Positions 9,374 to 24,819 of a stretch of DNA of 64,000 nucleotides are shown one piece after another. The notes beneath the pieces were generated by a model. It searched no databases. It was not told the origin of the DNA and saw nothing but the letters and a program-made list of their open reading frames with translations. Made by a program: the position numbers and the translations under genes. This stretch comes from Octopus sinensis (lineage: Eukaryota), in NCBI RefSeq assembly GCF_006345805.1, contig NC_043000.1, positions 119,102,001 through 119,166,000 of the forward strand, in the 5' to 3' direction. Within the stretch, counting starts at the first letter, position 1, and every line of letters starts with the position of its first letter.

Positions 9374-10779
9374 AGTGGCTATAGGATTGATCTCTGGTAA
9401 AAATATTAGGGTACATATTGTCTGTGTTTGTCCCCATCACTGCTTGACAACTGGTTTTGATGTGCTCATGTGCTTCGCGGCTCAGCAAAGAGACCGATAG
9501 AATAATCACCAAGCTTTAAAAAGACAAGTGCTGGGGTTGATTTCGTTCGTCTAAAATTCTTGAAAGTGATGCCTCAGCTTGGCTGCAGTCTAATGATTGA
9601 AACAAGTAAAAGAAAAGATATTCTTGAATAGAAGTAAGAGAAATTGAAAGTTTAGTAATCTACGAAATGAAATATAAAACAATGGAATCTGAGAGAACAA
9701 AACTTGTATGTAAACTGATTGAAATAATGAGGTTAATTTTATGCTGTGAGAGCAAGAAATAGATCGAATAAAAATAGTTACTTTGAAAACTTAGCAAAAT
9801 ACTGTAAGACATTTGGTAAAGTGCAGTATAGGTTATTCAATGTAGGGTATTTAGTGTATAATGTTGCCGCAACAACTACGAATAATTAATATAACGATTT
9901 CAAATTTTGGTACAAGTCCATCAAGCTCGGGGAAGGAGATAAGTCTATTACAATGACGGCAGTGTTCAACTGATACTTATGTTATCGACCCCGGAAGTCG
10001 ACCTCAACGGAATTTGAACTCAGAATGTAAAGACGGATGAAATGTCGCTAAGCATTCTGTTGGGCGTGCCAACGATTCTGCCAGCTCGCCGCTTTACGAA
10101 TAGTTATATAACAAGAAAATTTCTTTGACGCAGTCTACGTATAAATGTGAGGTGAATTCTAGATATATCTTAAATGGTGTGTTGATATGTTACACTCTCT
10201 CCATCTTACGACTGCTCTTCACGAACACAAAATAGTACCAGACGCTAAACATAAATATACTGAGTTCATAAAACCAGTACGGGTTGTTTAATTTTACACT
10301 GTATCATGAGAGTAAGAAGTACCATTCGAAGCTTTGGCATGTGGCACGAGAAGGAAAGAAACGACTATCCACCGGCCGGCTCGATCGAGCTCGTGTGTGT
10401 GTTATGCTCCAAATTATTTGTTTCGACGTCAGAGCGAACGAGTGGAACGTGATGCGGGTAAGCGTTACTAAGATACCAGAAGCTGACGATGACCGTTGCA
10501 GCACATCTGCGCGAGCAGATATTGAAGCCACTGGATTTTCAAGTGATCTCTTCTTCTCTTCTACGTTTTTGAGTTATTCTTTTAACCCTGTTATGCCTGG
10601 TAAAAGGACTCTCTGAGCCGTTTTTTTATTATTATTTTCATAACTTTCGAAAGAAGATTTTTCTCTGAAACTGGGTTACTTAGCCTGAAATTTATCCTGC
10701 TAAAAGCTCATATCACTGATTTCGAAAAAAGTTTTCTTCGTTGCCCTAGAAACGGTAGGAGTTGAACAGGTGGTATATC

Positions 10780-10994
10780 TCTCTTTTCTCTCTTTTACTT
10801 GTTTCAGTCATTTGACTGCGGCCATGGTGGAGCACCGCCTTTAGAGCAAATCGACCCTGAGACTTATTCCTTGTAAGCCCAGTACTTACTCTATCGGTCT
10901 CTTTTTGCCGAACCGCTAAGTTACGGGGACGTAAACACACCAGCATCGGTTGTCAAGCAATGCTAGGGGGACAAACACAGACACACAAACATAT

Positions 10995-11066
<72 letters not shown>

Positions 11067-11462
11067 CTTTACTACCCAAAAGGGGCTAAACACAGAGGGG
11101 ACAAACAAGGACAAACAAAGGGATTAAGTCGATTACATCGACCCCAGTGCGTAACTGGTACTTAATTATCGACCCCGAAAGGATGAAAGGCAAAGTCGAC
11201 CTCGGCGGAATTTGAACTCGGAACGTAACGACAGACGAAATACGGCTACGCAGGTCGCCCGGCGTGCTAACGTTTCTGCCAGCTCGCCGCCTTATATATA
11301 TATTTATATATATATACGACAGGCTTCTTTCAGTTTCCGTCAACCAAATCCACTCAAAAGTCAATTTTCGGCCCGAGGCTATAGTAGATGACACTTTCCC
11401 AAGATGCCACGCAGTGGGACTAAACCCGGAACCATGTGGCTGGTAAGCAAGCTACTTACCAC
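10780..11462 (-). mobile_element. Microsatellite-containing tRNA-derived SINE with a Meta-core SINE nested in its TA tract (about 11065-11290)
   Basis: Head ..GTGGTAAGTAGCTTGCTTACC..GGTTCCGGGTTTAGTCCC and tail ...CAGTCAAATGACTGAAACAAGTAAAAGAG. Confidence 0.85.
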
Positions 11463-12626
11463 TTAATTTTTCTGTCTGGTTAAATAAAATTTGATTATAC
11501 AATAGAAACAATAGCAAAATTGCTGTTACAAAAAAAATATTTGTTTGCTACTGATGTATATTCTCGCCAAATTTCATATCATAGTATGAGTAGTTCCTGG
11601 AAACTTTCAACAAATAGAAAGGCAAAATGTTTCTTGTTTTAAATTGGGTAAATTTGATGACGTCATTTTTTAAATTATTAAAATTTTTTTTTCCTGTGCT
11701 GTACCCTTATCCCTGTAAAGTTTCATGGTCATTGTCTTACTGGTTTTGGAAGACATTTTGAACACTATAGGAGACCTAAATTTTAGCTCATCTGAGAACA
11801 ACTGATGATGTCATCAGAAGAATGGCCGACGTCAACAAGATTTTTATAATGCTGAAATATTTACCTATCAATTGTCTATACATATGTCAACTTTCATTGT
11901 CATAAATTTAGTAGTTCAGGAATAAAGGAGGCGAGTGCCCTGAGATCCACGTCCAACAGGCTTATGGAGCCCCTAAAACACCAGGGTTTTATAGGGCTAG
12001 AATGTATCTTGCAAGCCGAGCTGTTTCATACATTTTTCTCAAGGCATTTCTGGTCAAAGGACTTTTGGCCCCAGCACACTCTCCTTATTTGATGGACCAG
12101 CTGCAGAATAGCTGAGATTTGTAAAAGTAAATTTATTGCCTCACACCACATTTCCATTTCACTCTCCATCAGACCAGCAGGTCACTTCCGATCGTTTCTA
12201 AAAGAACACTCACTATAAAGATTCCTTTTCATAAACGCTTTCGAGATCGTTTCTTCAAATGATTTGACACTGAATGATTTTTGGAAAACGCATTTTAATG
12301 TTCCTGATGCAGTGTTAAGGATTGTAGCAACATAAATGCAGCCTTGGCCTGTTGGAAACATATAGTTACAAATCTGCACAAAAGGCGGCAGGGTTCTTGT
12401 CTTAACAATTACTAACATGTTTTCATGGACAGGAACTGTTTTCCGTAGAGAATATTCTGTCTGAGCAGCTCTTTCAAGGAGAACATTTCTCACCTAGATA
12501 CACTGGAAAAGTGCTAAAAAAGTGCAATAAAAATTGTCTGTCGTTCCTCTGCTGGTTAGTTTACTGCGGCGAACGGTGGTTTAATTTAGCAGGAATGAAC
12601 AAAGAACTGATACAAACAACGATAAC

Positions 12627-12716
12627 ATGTATGGAAGGAATAAGGTTTCTCTTAACCTGGCCTATTGGAATGTGAGAAGCCTTTTAGATCAAGCAGATAG
12701 CCCTGAAAGGAGCACA
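12627..12716 (+). mobile_element. RTE/BovB-like LINE endonuclease N-terminal fragment
   Basis: MYGRNKVSLNLAYWNVRSLLDQADSPERST resembles the WNVRTL...RPERRT start of RTE ORFs. Confidence 0.4.
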
Positions 12717-12809
12717 TAAATGTGAAACAAAATGGAAGATATAGTACTCGAATGCCAGAGGTAGAGGACTATGCTTTACTGAAAAGCAGCAGATATATCA
12801 CAAAACTTA

Positions 12810-13218
12810 TTCTCTTTTACTCTTTTACTTGTTTCAGTCATTTGACTGCGGCCATGCTGGAGCACTGCCTTTAAACGAGCAACTCGACCCCGGGACTTAT
12901 TCTTTGTAAGCCCAGTACTTATTCTATCGGTCTCTTTTGCCGAACCGCTAAGTGACAGGGACATAAACACACCAGCATCAGTTGTCAAGCAATGCTAGGG
13001 GGACAAACACAGACACCCAAACATACAGGCACACACACACATATATGTATTTACATATATACGACGGGCTTCTTTCAGTTTCCGTCTACCAAATCCGCTC
13101 GCAAGGCAATGGTCGGCCCAAGGCTACAGTAGAAGACACTTGCCCAATGTGACACGCAGTGGGACTAAACCCGGAACCATGTGGCTGGTAAGCAAGCTAC
13201 TTACCACACAGCCACTCC
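12810..13218 (-). mobile_element. tRNA-derived SINE (same family as 10780)
   Basis: Full head, core, internal microsatellite and tail. Other copies at 16086-16482(-), 34114-34524(+), 45978-46384(-), 62150-62270(+, partial) and 62804-63190(-). Confidence 0.9.
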
Positions 13219-13279
13219 TGCGTATATATACATACATACATATACATATATACATGTTATATAAACATACATATATTTG

Positions 13280-13311
<32 letters not shown>

Positions 13312-13560
13312 GTTGTGTCTGAGGAGTGTAATTTCTTTTAAGTGCTTTATTATTTAACACACTCGCAGGTAAAGCTCCCATTCATTTAGTCATTTCCTAA
13401 AATTTTCTCTGCATCATGTAACCTTTTCAATAGTCGTTGACTCTGTCCTTTATCTGAGCTACGTTCTTTTTGTTTGTTTGTGCGCAAATGTGTGGGTCAG
13501 TGTGTGTGTGCATACCTAATCCAAAGACGAAATTTCACACAATATGATATATATATATAA

Positions 13561-15207
<1,647 letters not shown>

Positions 15208-15262
15208 TTCGTTTCAGCACACGATCTCAGATCAAATTACTTGCTATGCGAGTACATCTCCG

Positions 15263-15330
<68 letters not shown>

Positions 15331-15333
<3 letters not shown>

Positions 15334-15602
15334 GGTCTCACCAAGGAAATGACTAGAGACCGAGACCTATGGAAGTATGCTGTGCGTGAGAAGACCCGGC
15401 GGGACAAGTGAGACCATAACCCATGGCCTCTACCTGGGATGTAGCCAGTCGACATATGCATACCTTTCCTTCTTGGGACACAAATCTACACTTGTGAAGA
15501 CCTGTTGAGGCAAGTGGAAATCAGAACCAAACTCGAAGTCGATCAACATCAATGGAAATTGCTAGCATGGAAAGCGGACGCTAAATGATGATGATGATGA
15601 TA
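15331..15602 (+). mobile_element. RTE LINE 3' end
   Basis: Encodes GLTKEMTRDRDLWKYAVREKTR*, has a (GAT)n tail and is homologous to 44380-44560. Confidence 0.8.
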
Positions 15603-15816
15603 TATACAAACACACACATAAATCAGTATTTTTCAACTGGGGACCATATGACCTGCTAGTAGTTAGGTTCTATTGACCATCTCAACTTCCAAGTGGGATT
15701 TGTCAAACCAGTGGCTTATAGAAGCTACTTGACGTCGCTGAATTCAAGGCTGTCGAAACCCATATCACGACTACTATTAGTGTAGTTGCTATTGCCAGTT
15801 CCAGTACATTTGCTAG

Positions 15817-15870
<54 letters not shown>

Positions 15871-15900
15871 ATACTACTACTACCACAACCACCACCACCA
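15817..15900. repeat. (TAC)n trinucleotide tract
   Basis: Direct reading. Confidence 0.9.
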
Positions 15901-16040
15901 GCTTCAGTACAGTTAGTTACTTTCACCATACATATATACATATATACATACATTCATACATACACACACATGTATATATGTATATACATATATATATATA
16001 CATATACTCATACATGTATATATATACATACACACACACA

Positions 16041-16085
<45 letters not shown>

Positions 16086-16087
<2 letters not shown>

Positions 16088-16700
16088 TCTTTTATTCTTT
16101 TACATGTTTCAGTCATTTGACTACGGCCATGCTGGAGCACCGACTTTAATCGAGCAACTCGACCCCGGGACTTATTCTTTGTAAGCCCAGTACTTATTCT
16201 ATCGGTCTCTTTTGCCGAACCGCTAAGTAACGGGGACATAAACACACCAGCATCGGTTGTCAAGCAATGCTAGGAGGACAAACACAGACACAAACACACA
16301 CACACACGCATATATATATATACATATATACGACGGGCTTCTTTCAGTTTCCGTCTACCAAATCCACTCACAAGGCATTGGTCGGCCCGGGGCTATAGTA
16401 GAAGACACTTGCCCAAGGTGCCACGCAGTGGGACTGAACCCGGAACCATGTGGTTGGTAAACAAGCTACCTACCACACAGCCAAAAGGCGGCGAGCTGGC
16501 AGAAACGTTAGCACGCTGGGCGAAATGCGTAGCTGTATTTCGTCTGCCGTTACGTTCTGAGTTCAAATTCCGCCGAGGTCGACTTTGCCTTTCATCCTTT
16601 CGGGGTCGATAAATTAAGTACCAGTTACGCACTGGGGTCGACGTAATCCGTTTGTCTGTCCTTATTTGTCCCCTCTGTGTGTAGCCCCTTGTGGGTAGTA
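16086..16700. mobile_element. Two head-to-head SINEs: 16086-16482 (-) and Meta-core SINE 16483-16700 (+)
   Basis: Both match the other window copies of their families. Confidence 0.85.
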
Positions 16701-16703
16701 AAG

Positions 16704-16798
<95 letters not shown>

Positions 16799-16849
16799 TA
16801 TAAACATACTTAAAAGCACAAAATAAGAAATAATGAAACGAAAAATTGT

Positions 16850-17070
16850 ATTTTCCGAATGTACATATAATGCCATTTTATTTCATTATGTTTTAAAATT
16901 AAATCAGCTAAATGCTTCCCATCATTGTCAACACACTGTTGGAGACGTTCATGAAAGTTATCGATAATTCTAGGGATCATTTCTTCTGGAATTGTGAAAT
17001 GCGATTTCTTCTTGTGGGGATATTTAAAATCAAAAGTATTCAGTCATCGCCCTCAATCTATTGATGAATG
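16850..17070. mobile_element. IS630/Tc1/mariner transposase C-terminal fragments in opposite orientations (DFFLWG type, resembling DD41D/rosa)
   Basis: Plus 17003-17070 reads DFFLWGYLKSKVFSHRPQSIDE. Minus about 16998-16890 reads IPEEMIPRIIDNFHERLQQCVDNDGKHL. Confidence 0.6.
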
Positions 17071-17141
17071 AAAATGTGCAATATATATACACACATACAT
17101 ACATACATATATATATACACGCATACATACATATATATATA

Positions 17142-17480
17142 GGAATAGCCAGAATGTTATTCTTTAAAATATCTAAAGGTACGGGTGGCACAGTGTATAC
17201 AAGATGCTCCTAGATCAAAACGGTTGTTCAATAAGTTTATATTATCCCTATATTTCAAAATTTCATATATCTCCATAGAATAAAGTTCACATCCATCTCT
17301 ACTATTCTTATAAGGCTGCGCCTGTCTTATTATATCCCATTTAAGGCTAAATCCGATATTTTTTCTTTCAACTCCCAAATTTTTCTAGACAGCGTTATGC
17401 AACCTGCCTTATGTTTAAGTCTAAAGCTAGACAGATGGTTGTTTATACTTTTCTTCAGGTCTATAGAACATCGAAAATAA
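17142..17480 (-). mobile_element. Penelope-like element, GIY-YIG C-terminal segment (inverted relative to the adjacent RT)
   Basis: NNHLSSFRLKHK..TLSRKIW...LKWDIIRQAQPYKN...CEL..ME.YEIL...LLNNR. Confidence 0.7.
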
Positions 17481-17659
17481 AATAGCTATTATTTGAAGTC
17501 ATTTCTGTACATTTATAAATTACGTTTTGGACCAGACACCGACCAGATACCAGAACTGAACTTGAAATATAAAATAACTACAAGGAAGAACTTGCGGGAT
17601 ATAAATTTAGAAATAAAAAAAGGTTATGATGAAATACGATTTAGTTGACAGGACAGAGC

Positions 17660-19105
17660 CATTAACACCGTGTGAACCTCAAATTAATCTGAGACCACAA
17701 GAAAAATTTCTGTGAGAACCCTTCTGTAAGACTTATATGCCCAACTAAGTCGGATATTGGCCGGCTTACTAAGTCTATTTTGGACAATATTCTGCCCCAT
17801 ATAATCCCTAGCCTTCCTTTGAAATTATGGATTAACACAGACATGGTAATCCATTGGTTTAAATCTTTAAATAATAATAGCGGATATTCCTTCATCCAAT
17901 TCGACATTAATAATTACTATTCTAGTATATCTCATATTCTCCTAAATAAATCACTCATTTCCGCTAAAAAACCTCTTTCTCATAACTAGGGAAGAAATTG
18001 ATATTATTTTACTAGCTAGGAAAACTATCATAGAATTTGAAGGAAAATTGTGGACCAGGGCTGATACCCCAATTAATTTTGATATATCCATGGGCTCCAG
18101 TGACTCGGCGGAGGTCACTAATTTAGTAGGAACTTATTAAAATTTTTAAGTAGAGAGATCCCTGAATTGCAAGGAGGTTTATATAGGGATGATGCATTAT
18201 TCATCGTCCCTAGCAATAATAAATCGATCATTGAGAGAATAAGAAAGAAAATTAGTAGATTTTTCAAAGATTTCAACTTAAGTATTACTTATGAATATAA
18301 CACTAAGATAGTTAACTTTCTAGATGTTACTTTGGATTTAAACTCGAAATTATATTACCCATGTAGAAAAGATGGTGAAATTACTAGATATGTAAATAAA
18401 TTATCAAATCACCCCCCTCCCCAAATATACTGAAATCGATAGTTAAAAGTATTTCGAGAAGAATTACTAAATTATCTTCTAACAATGAAATTTGTAATTC
18501 TCACTCATATCATTACAATGTTGCCTCATCTAGAGCAGGATATAACCAGGAAATTGCCTTCCTAGATCTTGATAATACAAGCCTTTCGAATAAGAAAATG
18601 AATAAAAATGGCTCAAATAATATAGGATCTTCAACTTTAAAAAAATATGAATCAACCAAAACAGATAACCTATCATATAAACCTGATACAAATAATAGAA
18701 ATGGTAGACAAGACACAAATAAGTATAAAAAGATTAAGTTAAGTTAAATAAATACAAATGAAAATATGAAAATCTCTCCCACTGATAAAAAACCTATTAA
18801 ATATATGTATAAGACTGAAGATAATAACAAAACTCTGAGGGATATGGATATCACCAATCTTTCCTACCCTTACTCAAATAAAAAATTTCATAAGTACAAA
18901 TATTGTATGGTTGAATATACCTTTCAACTGGGTAATTTCTACGAACATATATGACAAATTTATGTCCATACTAGAAACAAACTTCCCTGCTTCCCATAAA
19001 TATTATAAAATATTTTCTCGTAAATCAGTTAGAATATCATACTCTACTCTTCCAAATATAAGAACTATAATAGCTAGATTAAATAGGAAAAATATTAATT
19101 ATTAA
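17660..19105 (+). mobile_element. Penelope-like retroelement RT relic (frameshifted)
   Basis: FIQFDINNYYSSIS, MGSSDSAEVTNLVG, GGLYRDDAL, VNFLDVTLDL, RYVNKLSNHPP, WLNIPFN..RISYSTLPNI. Confidence 0.85.
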
Positions 19106-20026
19106 AAGATTTAGTAATATAAATAAATTGAATGAAGTAGAATAAAATATTTTAAAATTTCTATAACTATTACATAAATTCCATATATCTAGTGAAATTA
19201 TTAAGTTTTAATTGAAATGGTACTTTCCATATCTATTTCTGCAAGAATTCTACTACACCTAATTTCCCCCTTTTTTTATAAATATTACCCCTAACTGGCC
19301 TAATTTATTATACCCCATATAAACCATATTTCATTCTTGAATACTAAATTAATAATCCCTAATTCTAAAGACTTCCATCTTGGTTAATTCCCTTCCATTG
19401 TATTTTAAAATATTTTAAAGGCTCTTGATATATGTGCTAATTAATATTTTTTTTGCTAGAAATTTTCTCATAAAAATTTCTTCTAAATCCCCTTAATTAA
19501 TATTCAAAACCTGACAATTGAATAGATAATAATATCTTTTATTTAGTCTCTATTTTTATAATGGTCTTACAAAGTATAATGCTCACAGCAGCTAAATTTT
19601 GATATTAACATGGTCCGATTTGAATTTTTTCTTCCACGAAAGAAAGAGCAAACCTTCTTCTATCATACTCCCAATTGTGGTCAACTTGCGCCGCACGGTT
19701 TCAGAGGAGAGCGTGTTAGTTGAAGGCTACCAAGCCTACCACAAACACACACGCAGACAACTCCAGGTCAATAAATATAAGGTTCATTCTGGATTAGCCT
19801 CGTGTTTATATGGTTGGCTACATCACCTCTCAGATGCTGAGAGCGTGATAAAACGATAGTTGGTATGGTGAGAGGGGTTGTTTTTAGGAATGAAACTTAC
19901 TGTAGCATATTTCCGAAGAAGGTGATATGGTGATATATTCCGGGACATAAAGATGGTGATGTATATGTAACTACACACGTGCTGTTGGCGATTTCTTTCT
20001 ACTTCTTTGAGCTTTTCCGTTTCTAC

Positions 20027-20059
20027 TTTCCGACGAAGAACTATGTTCCAAACGTCAAA
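20027..20059 (+). ncRNA. Degenerate minimal hammerhead-like motif (U4C core, G12 mutated)
   Basis: TTT CCGACGA A GAAC-TAT-GTTC CAAAC GTC AAA. Confidence 0.3.
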
Positions 20060-20271
20060 AACTCATTTCTCCTACTGAGCGACCATGCTGGAGCACCGCC
20101 TTGAAGGGATTTAGTCCACAAAATCACCGCCAGGACGTATTTCTTAAGCCCAATACTTATTCTTATGGAATCCTTTGCCGAACCGCTTAGTTGCGAGAAC
20201 GTAGACACACCAACACCGGTTGGTTTTCAACGGTGATGGAAGACAAACACAGTCAGAAAGACCACACAAAC

Positions 20272-20318
<47 letters not shown>

Positions 20319-20399
20319 ATCGGGATCGGGAAAATAGTACCCGAATACCGGAGGTAGAGTAATATGCTTTATTAAAAAAGCAGCAAAAATATCACAAAA

Positions 20400-20439
20400 A
20401 CTGTGATTCAGAGTTTCACGTACCCGTTCTTCGGACAGT
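20400..20439 (-). ncRNA. Family A hammerhead-like motif (U4C)
   Basis: ACTGT CCGAAGA ACG-GGTA-CGT GAAA CTCTGAA TC ACAGT. Confidence 0.45.
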
Positions 20440-23400
20440 TTTGTTTAGAATGGAACAAAATAAGGATATTTGCATACATATACAATTACTGTTGAAAATG
20501 GTTTTTGTTTCGTTGGTCCTTTGAACTAACGGTCTTTTCAATAAACGCTTGCATGAAATTACAATTGCGGTCAAAAATCATATTATTATAATATTCGAAG
20601 AAAACCTTAAATCAAAGAAGATTATGTAGAAGGAAGGAGCCCTGAATACCCAGGGTAAGTAATTCGTGGCAAAAAATAATAAATTAAAATAAATTATATC
20701 AATTAAAAGATATAAACGTTTAAAAAACTTTTACAAAGAACTAACATCCTGAAATACATATACATTTAGCAATACATACACATACCAAACAACCTATATA
20801 GACATACATTATATACACTAAACATACAGGCGTTGGTACCTGACTGCATACATATACAGACAAATATAGGCAAAACATAAATATATACAAATGCATAAAC
20901 ACACACGCACATAATACCTTAGTAGACAGAGGCGAGAGAACGAAAACGAAAAGAAACTCAGAGAATAACAAGTGGTGAGAGAAAGAAAAAGGAAAAGAAG
21001 AAAAGAAATAAAAGAAAAAGAAACAAAATTAGAAAGAGAAAATAGATAGACAGTCTTTGTGCATCTCCTGGCGAAGAGTTATTGTGGAAACTGGGTTTAC
21101 GAGGTGGTCTTTAAGCTCTGCAATAATTTTGGGAGCTGTACTTTTGTGATCCTTCCTAACAATTCGCGTAAGAATCCGCCGGTCCCTATCTGAAAGTTTT
21201 GGTTTTCTTTCGGAGTTTTGTTTCAACGAGGAGGTTTTTCCCTCTTTCTCAAAGGCTGTGATTACTTTCGAGACAGTACACCAAACATTTCGGCTGTTTT
21301 CGTTACGCCAGCGCCTGCCATACGAGCACCAACAATTTGATCTCTTTGAAAGACCGATATATCGGTCATTTTAATGAATTTTAATTATCTTTTTCTGATG
21401 ATATCTGAAAAAACCCCAGCAATTTTAGCAAAACATTAAGCAACACTAATAATAAATATATAAATAAACATAAAGATAAACAAGCTTTTGACGGTTTTAT
21501 AGATATTTCAAAATTATGATGCTAGGTGTTTCCATTATTTTGACCAACCCCTGTGTATGCATTTGTATATATTTATGTTTTACCCATTTGTGTCTGAATA
21601 TGTATGTAGCCATATGCCAATGCCTGTATATTTCTTGGCTCTCCGTCGGTTATGACGACGAGGGCTCCAGTTGATCCGATTAACGGAACAGCCTGGTAGT
21701 GAAATTAACGTGCATGTGGCTGAGCACTCCACAGAAACGTGTACCCTTAACGTAGTTCTCGGGGAGATTCAACGTGACACAATGTGTGACAAGGCTGGCC
21801 CTTTGAAATACAGGTACAACAGAAACAGGAAGAAAGAGTGAATGGTATTGTGAAAGAGTACAGTAGGGTTCGCCACCACCCGCTGCCGGAGCCTCGTGGT
21901 GCTTCAGGTTTTTTCACTCAATAAATACTCACAACGCCCGGTCTGGGAATCGAAGCCGTAAATTTGCCACCCTAATCACTGGGCCATTGCGCCTCCACGA
22001 TGAATGTAAATAACAGAAAGAGATTGCTGTTTTCTGATGTGCATTGTTTGAGGATAATAGAATGGACATTGTCCACTCGAAGCGACCAGATTTAACTAGT
22101 GTATGTTGTGAGATACTTCATACACGCGAAGCAAAGAAGGTGATTTCCTCTGCGGGTATACTGCTTCATGAACCATCGTCATTGTAAAGTTGCATGAAGA
22201 AAGTTTCTATAAAGTTTGTAGAAATAATTTTAGTAAGTGACCAACTTTAAGTCTAAGACTCACGAGGGCTTTCAACCGGTGCGAGGTACGGACCTACCCG
22301 TTGCAGTTCCAAAGATGGTCTTACAGGTGTTGCAGTACCGGGTCCAGCGTGTAGTGCTAGCGATTTTTCTCCAGGTGTGGGGTTCTGTGTTCTTTACATG
22401 AATTGTTGCAGGGCATCTATTATCGAACTACTTGTAGGATTGAGGTCATGTTTGCATGTGGATTGCTTTCAATTTCATGCCTAGCTATTTCTCATAACTC
22501 ACAAGTAAAGTATAACTGGTATGAAAACCGATGGAGCTATAATCAGTTAGCTGACATGAAATGTTATTGGTTGCAGAAGGTGGGTGGTGTAGATCTAAGT
22601 CATAGCTGAGCATGCGCGGACTAGTTACGCTAAAGCAATCGTTGGATGACCCTCCAAGTGCATAGATGTGAAGTGAGATAAACACTTTCGAAGCAGGAAG
22701 AAATACAGTCGAAAATTGGTAGCTTAAGTTCACAGAGTGCTTGAGGTAACACATACCTTGTAGGAGGGCGAAGAAAGAAAGTCTGAGTCAGTTAAGTGGA
22801 AGTCCTTGTTGCCGATGTCCAAGGGAATGTGTGAGTGTAAATGAATGAAATCAGTATAGTTACAGGCAACTTTAGGCAGCTAGCTGGCAGAATTGTTAGC
22901 ATGCCGGGCAAAATGCTCAGCGACATTTCGTCTGTCTTTATGATCTGAGTTCAAATTCCGCCGAGGTTGACTGCCTGTTATCCTTTCGGAGTCGCTAAAT
23001 TGAGTACCAGTTGAGCAGTGGGATCGATGTAATCGACTTACCCCTTCCACCGGAGTTTGCTGGCTTGTGCCAAAATTTGAAATCACTATAGTTTCGGGCA
23101 ACACTTTCTGGAGTGAGCTTTGAGTAAAGAGTCTAATCTGGACCTCGAAACTAATCTATTGATAAAGACGAAAATATTCGCGCCTTGAGAAGATCAGAAT
23201 GTATGATATGCTAGCCTGTTAAGAAGTGATGTACAACGTTGAGGTTGGATCGGAATACAGGGATGTTAGAGAAGCGGAGGAGGTAATTGTCTAGAGTATT
23301 TAGCGTTAGTGTTTGACATCTTGGGAAGTATAAACGGGAAGTTATGACAATCTCCAGTCACGAACCTGTTCCATACGCTTGCAACAGCGAACTACACTAA

Positions 23401-23832
23401 AGTCTACTAAATAGAAGAGACCACGTCTAACACCCTAAATAATTTGGAATTTTAATCGCAGAAGAAAGAAATATATATATACTGTGATCGTTATTTTTAG
23501 TCGAATGTAATGCACTGAAATTACTCTACAAATATTCTTGGTAAAGCCTGAAAGGCCCGCAGTTCCACCGATCTGTATTCGTGGCCTTGAGGTGGGAAAA
23601 ATTTGCTGCGTAAGTGAGGCGACATAGAATCGGTAGGGAATGGAAACGGTATGGAGAAAATTAAGATTTTAGTTTGGAAAGTAATTGCAGCGTGGAAGGT
23701 GTTTATAAGCCATTTAAGAAACACACAAAAATCGTTAGATTCACTTCAACATTTAAATTTATTTTGCCAAAATATTTTCATCGCTTTGAGACCGCGTCCT
23801 GATCACTGACAAAATTCCATGCTGCACGGAAT

Positions 23833-23883
23833 TTTGTCAGTGATCAGGTCGCGATCTCAAAGCGACGAAAATATTTTGGCAAA
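23833..23883 (+). ncRNA. Family C hammerhead-like motif (G3-C8 swap), stems intact; damaged mirror copy at 23763-23813 (-)
   Basis: TTTGTCA GTGATCA G GTCGC-GATCTCAAA-GCGAC GAAA ATATT T TGGCAAA. Confidence 0.6.
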
Positions 23884-24031
23884 ATAAATTTAAATGTTGA
23901 AGTGAATCTTACTATTTTTGTGTTTCCTAAATGACTTATAAGCACCTTCCACGCTACAATTGTTTTCATTCTAGCACACGATCTTAGATCAGGTCACTTG
24001 CTATGCAAATACATCTCCGTGATTTGGAAAT

Positions 24032-24244
24032 TTAACGTTGATGGAAATCTCTCCACGATATTATAAAAGAAGTGTTCACTGATATTCCTCGATAAGCAAG
24101 CCATGGAGTCGCTTTAACAGCGGTGTTCACCGGGTGTATTTCTATGTATAACAAACATATTCAGATCTATGTATTTCCGCGAAGATTTCCAGTGATCTAT
24201 GAAATAATTATTCATTTTTTCTCCGATAGCAATAATCGTATAAA
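24032..24244 (+). pseudogene. Remnant of a third chitin deacetylase locus (intron fragment fused to the duplicated upstream region)
   Basis: Homologous to intron segment 7269-7503 and joined directly to the equivalent of position 4577. Confidence 0.8.
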
Positions 24245-24819
24245 ATTATATGTAATACTCAAATATGTAATATGTAATATAATGTAATACTCAAAAATAC
24301 GTAATACTCAAATTAAATTATATGTAATAATAATATTTATTATGCTTTATTATTATTTTCATAATGTGATTTAACGTATTACATATAATTTAATTTGAGA
24401 ATTAGTTTTGTAAGACAATACATTACTTAATAATTAGGTGGTATATTTATTACGTAGTCTTACATTTAAGTAAATAGTTTTACATTAATTGATATTTTGG
24501 TCAACTATATTATTGAGTGAAATTATAAATCTATTGATACTACACATATATTAATAATATAGTTAGTTTATCTAGGGGGCGGATATATTTGAACCATTTC
24601 CTATTTTTGATTCTAGCATTTATAGCTTGTACTAGCATAGTGTATATTACTTAACATTAAGGTTTTTAGTATAAATTGCTTAATGGGTATGAGACTTAAT
24701 TTGGATGCTTATTAAATAAATAAATTAATTAATTAAAATTTGTTTTAATGTATATAGTTTAATTTGTAGTATTTAGTTTTCACTTAATTTATATTTTGTA
24801 TCTTATATATATATATACA

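Larger units (their letters stand above)
20311..24030 (+). repeat. Segmental duplication, copy B (of 851..4577)
   Basis: Colinear. Contains the Tc1 fragment 21057-21553, SINE 21635-21998 and palindrome about 23682-23960. Confidence 0.95.

Noticed and set aside
11463-12600. Unclassified segment with repeated TGACGTCA-like motifs and ORF 12182..12493
   Set aside because: No recognisable domain, termini or second copy in the window; probably an old non-autonomous element.
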